Shown here in pieces: positions 13,301 to 26,287 of a DNA stretch of 64,000 nucleotides (position 1 is its first letter; the number at the start of each line of letters is the position of its first letter). This DNA is from Phoronis australis (lineage: Eukaryota; Animalia; Phoronida). A model generated the notes under the pieces. That model worked only from the letters and a program-made list of their open reading frames with translations, did no database searches and was not told where the DNA came from. Made by a program: the position numbers and the translations under genes. The stretch spans positions 1,773,742 through 1,837,741 of the forward strand of contig NMRA01000006.1 of NCBI GenBank assembly GCA_002633005.1, given 5' to 3'.

Positions 13301-16300
13301 TCACAGTCTAAAATAATTTTTAAAAATTCTCTTTGTTACTAGCAGTTATGTGCATATTCTCGGAGACTTTGTACTTTTGCTTAGTGAAGCTTGATTATTT
13401 TTCAAAAATAATTGCATGGAGCACAAGAGCACTTTTCATGAAACAGGCCCCTGGTCTCACTAAGTTTCTGGCGTGTGATACTTGAATGTCTCGTTTTTAT
13501 TTCAGCGTGGGGCACTAAGGACGAGTGGGGGGTTTCCTGTAAGGCTGCTCTACTGTCAGGGCCCCCTGGTGTTGGCAAAACAACTACAGCCACCCTGGTG
13601 TGCAAGGTTGGTATTGTTCACTACAAAAATTGATTGATCTATTACTTGGAGCTTGTTTCTTGTGTCTGTAGCCAAAAATTTATTTTTTTTTTTTGGCTTT
13701 TAGTGTGCTCCCGAGCATGCTACGGATTTCTCTTTTTTAGCTTCAAGTTGTAAATAGTTTTTCTGACGTTCAGCCTTAGCCTGATTTTGTGAAACAAGCT
13801 GAAACATCCGTAGACTGATTTTTAAGCTAAAGACAATAGATTGTTCAAGAAATAGCCCCCTGGAGTTTTGTCATTGCAGTAGCACAGTCACTGATTGGGA
13901 CGATCTGTGGATTGTAAATCAAGAAAAAGCAAAAATTGTTTGTGCTTTCGTCGTCATATTACTTGCTACTTCAGCTATCTACTATTGGTTTTCAGGAGGC
14001 AGGTTTCTCGTTTGTTGAACTTAATGCTTCGGACACTCGCTCTAAGAAGAGTCTTCAACAAGAGGTGGCGCTTTCTGTGGACAACCACACACTAGTTGAC
14101 TTTTTTGGAAGTAAGCAAATTTGGGAAATGAAAGAATGTTGTGCTTAGTGAATTTAATCATTATTGCACGAGTTTAGAATGTGTTGTTTTGCTTTTACCA
14201 AGTTTATTGTAATGTTGTAAAACGCAGTTAGTAATTGTTGTCATAAATTCAAATCAGTTCCTGGTGACAAACCTGTATGTTGCATTTTATGGCATACGAA
14301 GGCTACGTGACCTTGGAAACAGAAAATTCTTTTAAAATACCGCGATCATGACTTTTTGGGTGATATCACTTTTTGAAAATACGTGAATATGATTATGGTT
14401 ACATGTAAAAATGCCTCAATTTAGGAAAGTTTCTTCAGCTTGATAACATAATTTGTAGTTGGCGTAAAAGGTGAAATTTCTATTATTTTGACTTAAAGTA
14501 ATGACTTCATTTGAAATTGGTCATTAGTCCAATTTTAAGGAATTACTATATTCTCAATTTTGGAAATAAGGAATTTTTACTGATCTGTAGGTGTGCTCTC
14601 GTTCAGTTGACGTTACAACTGATGAAATGTCCCATTTTCAGAACAAAAACAAAGTTCAGATGTTGGTCAGAAGCATTGTCTGATAATGGATGAAATCGAT
14701 GGCATGGCAGGAAATGAAGACCGCGGAGGCCTGGCAGTAAGTGACGTGATCTATTGTAGTGTGTTGCATCATCTTGTCTGTATTAGACGTCTGGTTCTTT
14801 TAAAAACAATTGGCTATAGCCAGTAGTCAGGAATTAGCCTTGGTTCACTTGGAGAGCTTTTCAGTTTCAGGTTTAGACGTTTATCTGTGACTTTTTGTGT
14901 GAAAATCAATTTCACAGAAGATAAAGACATTGTCATTAATCACAGGCTTAGACAGCAACTAGTTGTCCAATTTCCTTAATTTTGAAGCATACGTGTGAGC
15001 CTCAAATTAGACATTTGATGAAACATTTTCTTTCCAGGAAGTTGTGAATTTGATCAAAACCTCCAAGATACCCATCATCTGTATGTGCAATGATCGTAAC
15101 AACCCCAAGATGAGGACGTTATCCAACTACTGCTTTGATCTGCGCTTTCAGAAGCCCAGAGTGGAACAGATTAAGGTAACCCCTCTTCTAAGTACTAGTC
15201 ACCCGTTTTCGATGTTTTAAAGCATTTCTATGAGAGCAATGATTTTATTCTTTACATCTCTGGGAAATGTGGGCAGTGCATGTTAGTGCCAACATTCTTT
15301 CTTGCCCATTTTAGTCACTACAGACTATAAAAACTAAAATCCCTTATTGAAAATTGAACTTGTTTATTGTATGAACGACGAAAATTGCTTAACTACAGCA
15401 GGAGAAAAGAGAAATTGCTACTGTTGTTCCTTTATTGATACATCCCAACCTCTAGTGGTGATCCTCAGCATCACAATGGTAGACTTAATTTGAGTACACC
15501 ACTTCACAATAGAGCAATTAATATCTAAGTGATCTCAATAACTCCAAAGAATGTATCATTTCCAACAGGGTGCTATGATGTCTCTGGCGTTCAAAGCTGG
15601 TATTAAAGTTACGCCACCTATTTTAAACGAAATTATCCTTGGTGCGAACCAAGATGTTCGACAGGTAAGTATCACAGAAGATACATTTATTGTTGTAAGG
15701 GATTACAATCAGCCAAGAATGAGTGAAGTTGCTGCAATTTGGTGAAGTTTTGGTGCTTTGATAAAGTACATGTTGCTTGCAGTCGTTTTCTTGCCTAAGA
15801 CAAGCATAGGTCGCTGAAGTCCGTACAACATAGACAATTGTGTTGTTAAGGTATACATTTATTAAACAAGTGTAGAATGCATGCTGAGGTTATCCGTTGC
15901 TATATTTTAGGGCTGAGAATGAGTTTTGTGTCAATGATAATTAAATTTTTGTAGAATACAGCCCTGTTTGTACGTTTGATGTCAACTGTGGAGGCCATTT
16001 TGTTAATGCACCACCAAAAATTAAAACAAATTTCGACGTTCGAAATTTAGTTCGGTTTGTTTTGGTACAAGTGAGTTCAGCTTTTTTATTAATTTCTGTT
16101 GTGTTTTGTTGCTTGTAATTTCAAATTGGTTTGTTTTTTCATTGAATATTGTGTCTCGCCACTCATTATAATCTTTCCATCCTACCAGGTGATCCATAAC
16201 TTGGAGATGTGGTCAGCTGGTGGTAAAGCACTGACATTTGATCAGGCTAAACAGGATGCGGAGAAAGCGAAGAAAGACATCAAGATAGTAAGTGCACGAT

Positions 16301-19300
16301 CTATGGCTAACTTCAATTGCAAGAAAAGATGTTGGGAATTTACATCCAGGACAACTTATATCAAGAAATGTAGTCAATGTTCAAGGTCATTAGAATAGGA
16401 TATAGAAACTTTTGGTTCACCAATCAACATACGATGTTCACTTATTTAGCACACAGTGTGGCCGAAAAGTGAAATTCTATTTTGTCAGATTTCTGTGCAG
16501 ATGTCTTAAAACAACATTTGGTAAAGTGTCAATTATTAGTAGCAAAGTAATCAGCAGTAAGAGCAGTTTGACACCCACCACCAATCTTCCACTAGTCACC
16601 AAATGTATTGTATTTCTCAGGGTCCGTTTGACGTCTGTCGCAAAGTGTTTGCTGCGGGCGAAGAGACAGCTCACATGACCTTGATTGATAAATCAGACTT
16701 GTTCTTCAACGACTACTCCATTGGACCATTATTTGTTCAAGAAAACTATGCCAGTGTCTCTCCATACGCCGCTAAGTATGTACAGTAAATCAGACATTGG
16801 CTGTATTGTAACTTGTGATATGATTGCTGAACTTAATTTAGTTATGTCAATTACTTCAATTGTAGCAAATCATTTCAACTTTTAACTAGCTTATTGTAAC
16901 TATAACCATGAGTTGCTATAAGCCTGCATTGTGTCTAAAAAAAAAATTTCGAATTGCACCATCTTGCACTGTAGCACCGATCTCGGGAATCTTTCATTAC
17001 TCAGATGAGAAGTGGATTTTGGGTTTGGGAAGAAAGGAGATGATTTGTATATGCTTACAACCATGTCTGGCAGATAAAATGAACTCGTGTGCCCCCCTCC
17101 CCTCACGTACTGCCATGACTTGCCATCTTGTTTAACCTGGTCTCAAGCAGCAATAACTGCAAATTCTTTCCGAGTTCAGAAATCAGCTCCAACTTGAATA
17201 TTGAAAAGGTTGAGACAGTGAATGGACTCGGTCAAAAGTTTCTTTCTAATACAGAAAGTGGGTTTACATCAACTTAGCTTGATACGTGATTCAAAACAGG
17301 TGTGTTCCAAGAGTAATTAGGAAAATACTGCTTCCCCATCGCAACCAGTTAAGAGCTGTCGTAGCAGGTTATGACAGGTCCTTATTGTAAATTCTTCTTT
17401 AAGAATTTAATTATACAGTGCGAAGACAGTTGGCTACAGTCACTACTGAAATGAGAATTGTTTTTAGTTGAGCTTTTGTCATCATTGATTTTTGTTGTAA
17501 TTGTGTTAAAGGGATGTTATCGTTTCTACGACCGAAAAATACATTTTTGGGATTAGTGTTGGATGCGACAGACATTTTGAATTTTTTAGCTTTGACCAGA
17601 GCTACAAAACAACGAAATCTGTTGTGTTTTGGGAATTTTATTACAAATTGCCAATTCTGTCCGTTGTCTGCCAGACATTCGCTGAAATCATGGCTAGTGT
17701 CTACCTGTTACATATGCATAAATAGTCTACTATGTATCGAATGTTGTTTAGTTCCACCAGCAGAGCATTTGACTCCAACCGCGGGGGTTCCAGGCTCTAA
17801 TTGACGCTGGGGCTAATCTGAGATGAGGAAATATTCTCGTCAATAATGTCACTTTATTACTTTTGTAGGGGGGATGTAAAGAAACACCTTGATCTACTCA
17901 GTCAAGCTGCAGACAGTATCGCAGAAGGAGATCTTGTGGAGCGTATTATTAGGAGTTCTCAAAACTGGAGTTTACTTCCTACCCAGGTATTGCACAGCCT
18001 GTTTTATGAACCTTTGGCTTTGACTTCGAATGCTATTGTTTAAGCTTGTCGTAGCCCGGTGGCACCAAAAATTTCCGCGCGTGACCTAGTCCAGTTTGGC
18101 CTGGCTTAGCTTGTTCATGCATAAATACAAAATCTGCTTAAAATTAAACCAAAACTCAATTTTAACTGATCTTTGTCATTTTCTTGATGTTCACAAAATG
18201 GTGGATCTGAATTGAAAGTTTCATGTATCATGCTTCTGGTTTTTAGACGGGACAAATTGCCATTTAGGGTCTATTTCCTAAGGTAGCTCAAACTACTTCC
18301 CAGAAGCCATAGAATTTGCAGCACATAGGTGATGTCATTTAATAAATTTGTACAGGCTGAAAAGTGATTCTGTGTTAACTAATCAAATGTATACTAGCAA
18401 GGAGTTGTTCCTCACACACTCAATTTGATACATTAGAAAGTGTCAAAAATTCAGATTATCAAAATATACTAGCCACTCAGAATGGCTGGTGATTTTTTTC
18501 AAGCAAGACAAGATTGGCCAAATTTCGAAACACCTTCAAGTGTATCTTCTACAACTTGTTAATCACTGGCAATAGACGTACAGGAATATGCTGATCCTTT
18601 AATGAACGTGAAGATATTTTATCGTGAAATCCCGTAGTGTGTCATCCCAGAGTGTGTTTCCATTGTCAGGCCCTTTGTCTGGATAACAAACTTGTGTCAA
18701 TACAGGTGATGATGTTGCTTTTGTGTTGTTTTCAGGCCATCTATGCCAGTGTGTTACCTGGTGAAATCATGCGTGGAGCCATGCATGGTATGATTGCCTT
18801 TCCAGGCTGGCTTGGCAAAAACTCGTCGAGGAATAAGACAGATCGCATCATTCAGGAACTGCGAGGTCACATGACTTTGAAGTAAGCCATCCACTAAGTT
18901 CAAGCCTCAAAGGAACCTAAGATAGTCGCCATAAATACGTGTTTGTGTGATTTAATGATAGATAGTTAATAACATTTATTAACCAAGGCTTGGTAGCACA
19001 TGGTTTGGAATGATGTGTGGACCTTTGTGAGAACCATGTATAAATCTGCAGTAAATAACATTTCAAAGTCAGATGTGGACTTTTGTGTAAAGATTATTAG
19101 AATGTGGTTAGTTTTTTTTCTTTGATTGTTATTTGAAGTCTGCATTTTACCTTTACATACACTTTTCAAAGTAATAATAATAATAATCTCATGATGGAAT
19201 TAAAGCGACTAAATAACACGATCTTATCATAAGCTTATCATGCTCTTTCTTTGTTGTAAGCATGATCAATAATTTTCTTTTCAGGGTAAGTGCTGACAAG

Positions 19301-22300
19301 CAAGCTCTTAACCTGGACTACTTGCCCCGTTTGCGACGTTGTTTAACGGAGCCACTGATTCAACAAGAGAATGAGGGTATTCCCGAGGTTATCGACCTGA
19401 TCGAGGAGTATGATCTAGTGAAAGAAGACTTCGACAACATCCTGGAGGTGACACAGTGGCCTGGCCGCAGTGAGCCCATGAAACAGATTAACTCCAAGGT
19501 ATTGTTAGTTTTTAGAGCGTTGAAGGTTGTATGACATTCACAAGATAAACGGTCTTCCTCATGACTCGTATCTATCAAGAGAGTGAAAGGGAGTTTTTTT
19601 TACACGTGGAATGGCACTTTTGCATCTTGTCAGCGCAAAACTGGCATTCGAAGCTCACTGTGAGTTTGATTTTGTACTTTTAGACTGTACAGTTGTGAAT
19701 CATGAAACCAGTCCTGAATTTGTGAACTTGATAAGCACTGGGATTCAGGAAACAATTGGGGAACTTAGTGGAGATTGTGGGAGAGTTCATGGCAACCATA
19801 GGAGGAACAAAAATTTTTTGTGATACTTAAAACTAAAACAAGAGCAATGCGGAGCGTTGAAATGAGCCCACAAATGCATCGCAAATGATGTGCTTTTAGG
19901 GTTATTTATTTGTATCATAAAAATGGCCACTAGATGGCGCAAAAACTTACCACCCATCCAAAAACGGGATCGTGCCATATTTCATAAAATCTGTCAAGGA
20001 ACTTCAGAGAAACAAAGGAAAACAGAAAATGAAATTGCCACTTGTGGGCACAGCATCCGTTCGATCCTCCTGACAGTCATCGTCTGTTATCTTCACATAA
20101 ATTCACTTACTAAATTTAATGAAGATCCTGCAGTGTGCTTTGGAGATACAGTTATGAGCGAAAAACAAAACAAAACTACAACTAGGAGGCGCCACAATAG
20201 TCGGATGCCATCATCAAACGTCCTCTTCACACTGAAAACATATAGGCCAATTTTCAAAACCATCCCCAGAATGATTTGGTTGATCGAGGGGTGGACGCCA
20301 AAAACAAGATTTGAAAACAGCAAAAATGGCCACTAGGTGGCGCAAAATACCTCGATTCCATCCAAAAACAGGATGATAGCGTCATCTCACCAATAGATGC
20401 CTATATTCAAAATTTTATGAAAATCTGTTAAGGATACAGACTGGTAAACATAAAAAATGAAATTGCCACTAGGGGGCACACCAAAAATCAGCTCTGAAAG
20501 TCGTCGTCGTCCGTGGTCAACATCATATAGATACACTTGCTAAATTAAGTAGATCCTGAAAACGGTTTAGGAGATACACCGATAATCACAAAAAAAACAA
20601 AATTGCCACTAGGAGACGCCACAGTAGTCGAACTCGTCAGAAAATCATCGTCAGCCATCCACTTTAACATACATGCCAATTTTCACAATTATCCTGATGG
20701 CAGTTTGGTTGATAGACGAGTGGACGCCAAAAAATATACTCAAAAACAGCAAAAGTGGCCACTAGGTGGCGCAAACTAGGTCGAATTCATCTGAAAACGA
20801 TGAGATAGCATCACCTCATTAACAGATGCCTATATGCCAAATTTTACGTTGAGGACCTTTGAACATACAAAGGTAAACGTAAAACAATGAAATTGCCACT
20901 AGGTGGCACACCAGTAGTCAGATCCGTTGTTGTCGTCCATTGTCAACATCATATAAATACACTTCTAAATTTAGTAAAGATCCTTCGAACAGTTTAGAAG
21001 ATACAGCCATAGGCGCAAAAAAATGCCACTAGGAGGCGCCACAGTAGTCGAAATCGTCGGAAAATCATCGTTAGCCGTCTACTTCATAGTCAGAACATAC
21101 GTGCCAATTTTCATAATCATCCTTTGAGAGGTTTGGTTGATAGAGGGGTGGATGCAAAAAAACAGACTCAAAAACAGTAAAAATGGCCACTAGGTGACGC
21201 AAACTGTGTTGAATCCATTCAAAAACGATATGATAGCGTCATCTCACTAATAGGTGCTAATATACCAAATTTTATGAAAATTCGTTCAGGACTTTTGAAG
21301 ATACAGAGGTAAACGTGAAAAACTAAAATTGCCACTAGGGGGCACACCTGTAGTTGGATCTGCTTTAAAGTTCGCTCATGCAGTCCCATCCACGGAAGGA
21401 ACACGTGCAAAATTTTATGAAGATACGTAGAGGCGTTTTATAGATGGAGCAGCGGATGCCGGACAGACTGACGGAGATGGCGGCATAATGCGTCCACATA
21501 TAAATATGTATGCACTTACCTGAATTGTGAAATCAGTAATTTTCCGTGTGAGTTGTGGCGCGACACCCCGCCCCCCCTTCACCTGCCTCAGCAACTATTC
21601 TTGTTTCATGCATGCAGATCTTTTCTTGATGCCAAGTCTACATCTTTTGCAATGTTTCATTTTGATAAAATAAGCTGGTTTCATGAACTTTATACACACA
21701 TTGCTAGTGTTAATGCAATGCCTTAATCCATTATCCGTTGTGAATAAAGATTTAGAGGAATATTCTTGAGGGGGACTCTTGCTATTGTAATTCGCATTGT
21801 ATGGTTCTTCATTCTGACATTTGACATGTACTCCAAGCTCGTGAATCGTATTACAACAGTGCGTGGTTTAATTTTTCTGTTACAATTTACTGTGTAGGTT
21901 AAAGCAGCGTTCACTAGGACCTATAATAAGGGCGTCCACCACATACCATATGCTCAGGGGACGTCAGTCAAAAAAGGTGGTCGCGGAGGAGCATCCAATA
22001 ACGATGACCTACTTGGAGAGGAAGGTGAGACAGTGACCAATGATAGTGACCAGGAGGATGACGATATTTCAAAAGACATGTCTATCAAGGTGAGTGCTTT
22101 CCTTTGAACTGGCTGTCTGCTTCCAGTTCTAGTATCAAACTGCGCCGTACGTTGTCATAGCGATAAGTTCGATATCACAGGTTCAGTCAGTGGAAAATGT
22201 AAGCGAAGTTTCAGGGAAGCTTCGGTAAACCAAAGTTCCCCTAATGGGAATGTGACCTTTGTCACATATCTGTACGTCTGCTACAAATGCGTACACGTTC

Positions 22301-22708
22301 ACACATAAGTGTGTTCACTTGTCACATTGATTTAAAAGACGACTGTCAACTCATAAAATGCTGTCCAGCTCTGTATCACTTTATACACTGTAGCAGTGCA
22401 TTTCATTTCACCCATGAACAAGTCCAAAAAAGATGTTGTTTCTCGAATTGTATAACTTAATTAGAGCTCGTGCTGGTTAGCATTTTGTAACGGGTGTATT
22501 TAAAATACAGTGGGGTATTATCTGCTGGTTTTCTCGCATTTTGTTTTTGCAGTTAACCCACATATGATTTACATGCTAATCAGTTGACTTTGCTTAACTT
22601 GTACTTAGATGGGCGCTTCTGTTTCAGGCTATAACCAAGCCGCGTGGTAAAGACAAAGGTACCGCTACTACTTCTAAAGGCAAAGGGCGGGGAAAAGGCA
22701 AGTCATAG
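1343..22708 (+). CDS. RFC1: Replication factor C subunit 1 (clamp-loader large subunit), 5'-partial, 19 coding exons in window (~943 aa)
   Basis: GT-AG exons joined in frame: 1343-1545, 3628-3735, 4528-4641, 5263-5430, 6238-6336, 6859-7152, 7939-8236, 13506-13606, 13996-14110, 14642-14736, 15038-15175, 15569-15664, 16189-16287, 16621-16775, 17869-17986, 18736-18881, 19285-19498, 21898-22089, 22628-22708 (TAG). Motifs: GPTALGSKEIP, BRCT ([37 protein letters not shown]), LWVDKFKP, Walker A GPPGVGKT, ELNASDTRSKK, Walker B LIMDEIDGMAGNEDRGG, IICMCND, FPGWLGKNS, VKAAFTRTYNK, basic C-terminus. The first exon shown begins mid-codon, so earlier exons lie upstream. AATAAA near 23337 and 24115. Confidence 0.96.
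1711..3424 (+). mobile_element. Non-autonomous Helentron/DINE-1-like element (HINE) with internal tandem array, copy 1
   Basis: 5' TTTTT, then subterminal IR ATGCGCCCAC (1716-1725) with a local hairpin partner ATGTGGACGCAT and a GTCC microsatellite. Internal ~145-bp monomers form a ~430-bp higher-order period. 3' subTIR GTGGGTGCAT (3389-3398) and end CTCTTGTTT. A homologous inverted copy lies at 19836-21512. Confidence 0.75.
4815..4890 (-). mobile_element. tRNA-derived SINE head / pseudo-tRNA
   Basis: Minus strand reads TTTAGCTCAGTCAGTAAAGCG...GATTCGTGGACCGAATCTACGC: degenerate A and B boxes with imperfect stems. Confidence 0.4.
6381..6608 (+). mobile_element. 5'-truncated 3' end of the LINE family seen at 10090-10929
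   Basis: Aligns by eye with ~10705-10929 (GGCAACAAATGGAAA, CTTAAAGGAGAC, TTTTGTGCA.TGGGCCAA, CAAATGA.ATC, CCACCTGCAC). Confidence 0.75.
10090..10929 (+). mobile_element. Non-LTR retrotransposon 3' fragment with RNase H and Cys/His zinc knuckle (I/LOA/R1-like group), frameshifted
   Basis: ORF 10160-10651 has IFSDSQAAIKAL and VHWVRAHVGIDGNENADKLAK (RNase H). ORF 10617-10847 has CPECGTDVESPKHLVESCPAF. Confidence 0.85.
11578..11673 (+). tRNA. tRNA-Thr(AGT) with a 22-nt intron (11616-11637), inside an RFC1 intron
   Basis: Acceptor GGCCTCG/CGAGGCC, D arm GCTT-AGTTGGTTA-AAGC, anticodon stem CCTGT/ACAGG, anticodon AGT at 11612-11614, T arm GCGTG-TTCGAAT-CACGC. Intron at the canonical 37/38 position. 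The spliced sequence closely resembles metazoan tRNA-Thr(AGT). Confidence 0.92.
11676..11686 (+). terminator. RNA polymerase III terminator of the tRNA-Thr gene
   Basis: TTTTTATTTTT starting 2 nt after the discriminator base. Confidence 0.75.
12741..12961. repeat. Near-perfect 110-bp tandem duplication, probably inside an interspersed element spanning ~12480-13030
   Basis: AGGACTGAGATGTGATGGCACCAATTG...GGTGTTGTTG at 12741 and 12851. Confidence 0.9.
19836..21512 (-). mobile_element. Non-autonomous Helentron/DINE-1-like element, copy 2 (inverted relative to copy 1)
   Basis: Begins AAACAAGAGCAATGCGGAGCGTTGAAATG (reverse complement of the copy 1 end) and ends GCATAATGCGTCCACATATAAATATG (reverse complement of the copy 1 start). 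Same internal array. Confidence 0.8.
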
Positions 22709-25700
22709 CGATCGTGACCAAAAAAATAAGCCGACAAATAGTCCTGTGCTTCATAGCAAGTGTAAAGTATATGAAAAGATTTTCAGTGGTTCCATATTCC
22801 CTCTTGATGTTCTGGTCATTTTCTCATTTAATTGTATTAAGCCATATTTTATGGTGCCATCTAAGATGAATGTATCACAGTGGTAGGTTCCTTCTCTTGT
22901 GATGTAACCACCAGGGGTCTCTGTTCCAAGATAAGTGACTTCAGACTTGAGTCAGTAATTTAGTCATGTATTCCAAATACTTTTGCAAAATAATGAAATC
23001 TCACTTTTGCAAAAATGAAGTCTCTGAGTATATACACATAACTTCCAGTTGTTGAGGTAATTTGTGTAAATTAGTTGGAGCTTAAGTTGTTACTTAGTAT
23101 TTGCCAAAGGTTGTATTCGATATGTTGCTGGCAAGGTAAGGTATTACCATACTTGTAGGGCTTAATGGCCATGCAAATGTAGATCTGCCTGTAAATGTGC
23201 AAGGAATACAAGTTGACACTTAATAATCAGGGGGAGAGCTTGTAATTCTTACCGTTTCGGTTGGACATTTACCCGAAGAACTGGTCTCAGTTAACTCTCA
23301 TGCACGCACAAATGTTGGCCATTTTACAAGAGCCTAATAAAAACAATACCTGAATTATAGACAATGCACTGTTTGTTAATACAGGTGAACAAGTTTTTTG
23401 GGTTTTGGTAGCTAACATTCTCTGCAAATTAGTATTCAGAAAGAAATGGGCAAAAGGAACGAATGTTTCAATTGGGATCGGGCGTAAAACTGAGCACGGG
23501 TACTTTTAAAAAGTAAAATTGTGAAGATTTAGAGGTGGACATTTAAGTTAATGTGGGTGTTAACCCAGGCGGGTACAGTACAATCTCAGAATGCAACGAA
23601 GACTATTTACAATCATGGCGCAATTTTCGCAACCTATCTTGTTGCCTTTGTTGTAGCAGTGTTGCCGTCATTGATGCCACGCGTGTTCAGAACAGGAACC
23701 GTTTTCTTAAGTTCAACCTTGACCCTAAGAGACAGGTTGGCATCTAGTTATGTGCCCAGTGTAGTGATTTGAGAAAGGCAACATGACAAGTGTTGAAGAT
23801 TTCACTAGAGTAAAATTAATATTCTTGGTCTTTTCGAGTGAAATCCATGTAAAATACAGTATAACCTGCACAAGTCGAATCCAGATTTTATGAGATGTGG
23901 ATAGTACTTGTACAAGTTATTGTAATTACCATAAAGCCAAGATTTTAGTTCTTTCTTTATTTGACCGTCCGTCACGTGCGAGTGGTACTTGGTTACAAAG
24001 TGCTTTCTGCTGGCCATAAAACTTTGACGATTACAATGGCTAAATAGCTTTGTCCGCTTTTTGTACTACAGTTTACACGTGGGATTGTTTGTAACATGTT
24101 AACAAAGTTGTAAAATAAAACTGTATTGTCACACATTATCAACTAGTTGATACATCCATCTTGTTACTCCGTTGTCTACTATAAAAATGCATCATGTTGT
24201 GCAGTTAAGCAACAGACACTTTCCCCATCGGCGTTGCTAGGAGACCACTGTGTGCCAGAGGTTAATTATGTATGGAGTTTAGGGTCAAACAGTGTTTTAA
24301 CTTAAGAAAATGCCAATGATTTGAGATAAGTATTTTCTTTCTAATATAATACCTCAATGGTCTTGTTTCAAAAGTGTGAAAATAGATAAATACCTACGAC
24401 AGTAAGCTTTATGATTTCGCCTAAGTAGATTATTTTGAGTAAGTGCTTCTTGCATACATCTAGTCGAGCATACTCGTATTTAAAGACCAGACTTTGTACA
24501 CAAACGCGTGGTACCTTTCGCCGGTATACCACAGGACACATGCTCTTATGGTCTGAGAATGGCTATCAGTTACAAAGCCAACTTCAAGGGTTTAAAAACT
24601 GACCTCATGTAGCTGCATTTTCTGGGACCCGTTAGAAAACTGGTACTTAAAATTGATATGGGCCAATACTGGTGAACTGGCGTGTAACCCAGATGCAATC
24701 TGTTGAATATTTCTCAACCTTGCCTTCAGATATGAAGCTTAATTATCAACATCATACCTCTATGGTGTTGCTTCGTCAATCATTGACGTACTAACCATCT
24801 GAATTCTTCGCTTAAATATAAATGAAAAGGGGCAATTCTTGATGAAGTGTCAGGCAAGTCTTAGGCATCACTTGACCACACTGTGAAACTTGGGAAATAC
24901 TTTGTGCCATTTTATAAGTTTTATGGATGGCAAAAGTTACCAAATATGTTTTGTCATTTTTTAATGAAGACATTTGACCTTGGGTTTTGTGTCAATAGGA
25001 TTTTCCACCTTCTCAATATTTGTCACAAATGTTTCACTGTAGCATTAAAGAACATCAGTTGAAAGTCTGTATTATATATTCATTTATTGAAAAACACGTG
25101 TAGAAACATACTTAGAAAAATACAAATATTAATAAAGTAAAGTATGCCAAAAATTAAGTACAATGTGAATGCTGGACCATGTGCTCAGTTACATTCCAAT
25201 AGGGCCGTACTGGATTACACGGCAATAGAACTCTTTGCCCCGGAGATAAGAAAGCATCTGTCTTCGTTTTGGGAATCTGGCACATTTTCGTGTCTCTCAT
25301 TGATGTTGGGAAGGCAAAGAATTTCACATCGCGCATCCACGAGTAAACGGGTATTTGTCCAGTTTATCAAACATTCTCATGTCGGAGTTGCAGCCCACAG
25401 CACAGCAGTAATACTTCGTTGGTATTGTAAGGACAAATAGAGTAATGCAACTGAGAAAAGCTTGCACAGAATCAGACAACAAATAACTTGTGAAACTCCA
25501 ATGGCCAGAAAATGAGGCAGCAAATGTGCCTGACAGATCCTTGCAGTATTGTGTGTAAGTACAGCAAGATTCGAGTGTCGCTGTGTTATCCGAGACAGCC
25601 CTATTATAAGCATTACCCTCGAGTTGTCAAAGGGTGGGTCCAGTGTTAGTACGTACAGCTCACAACATTGTAAATGCATATCTTGTTACATGCCAACGAT

Positions 25701-26287
25701 ATTTCAGAACACAGTAAAATAGACCTCCAATTGTTAATATGTACATCTTGCTACATAGTAAAATATACCTCACTTAATTTTAAATGTACACCTCGCAATA
25801 TAACATTCATCGCACAACTGTAAAATACATTTAAATACAATAAAAAACGTGGTACATTCCTTGATCCTCTGAAGAGCATATCCTTAATAGTGATAAACAG
25901 ACATCACTGTAACAGTTGTGCAGTAGACAAATTCTGCTCATGCTACATTGCAAATTTACAGCCCTTCATCAGAATTTTTTTTGAATGTTTATTATGAAAT
26001 AGTACAATAAATACACAGACCCAGAAAGCGCCAAGAGGCATTGTATCAAAATTATATGTGGCTAATTATAAAACCAGTGGTACATTTTATACTACATGGT
26101 AGATGTTGACGTGCATCTTGGTAAGAGTACAAATATAGTATAAGATGCAGTGTTTGCACTGACACAACTTAGTTATGCTCATAAACAGACATTGGGAATT
26201 GGATAATTTCACCAATTCAAGAATCAAATTGACTGTACATGGGGGCATACCTCAGTGGCTTTAGTAAAATCGCTACTGTGAAGTGTT

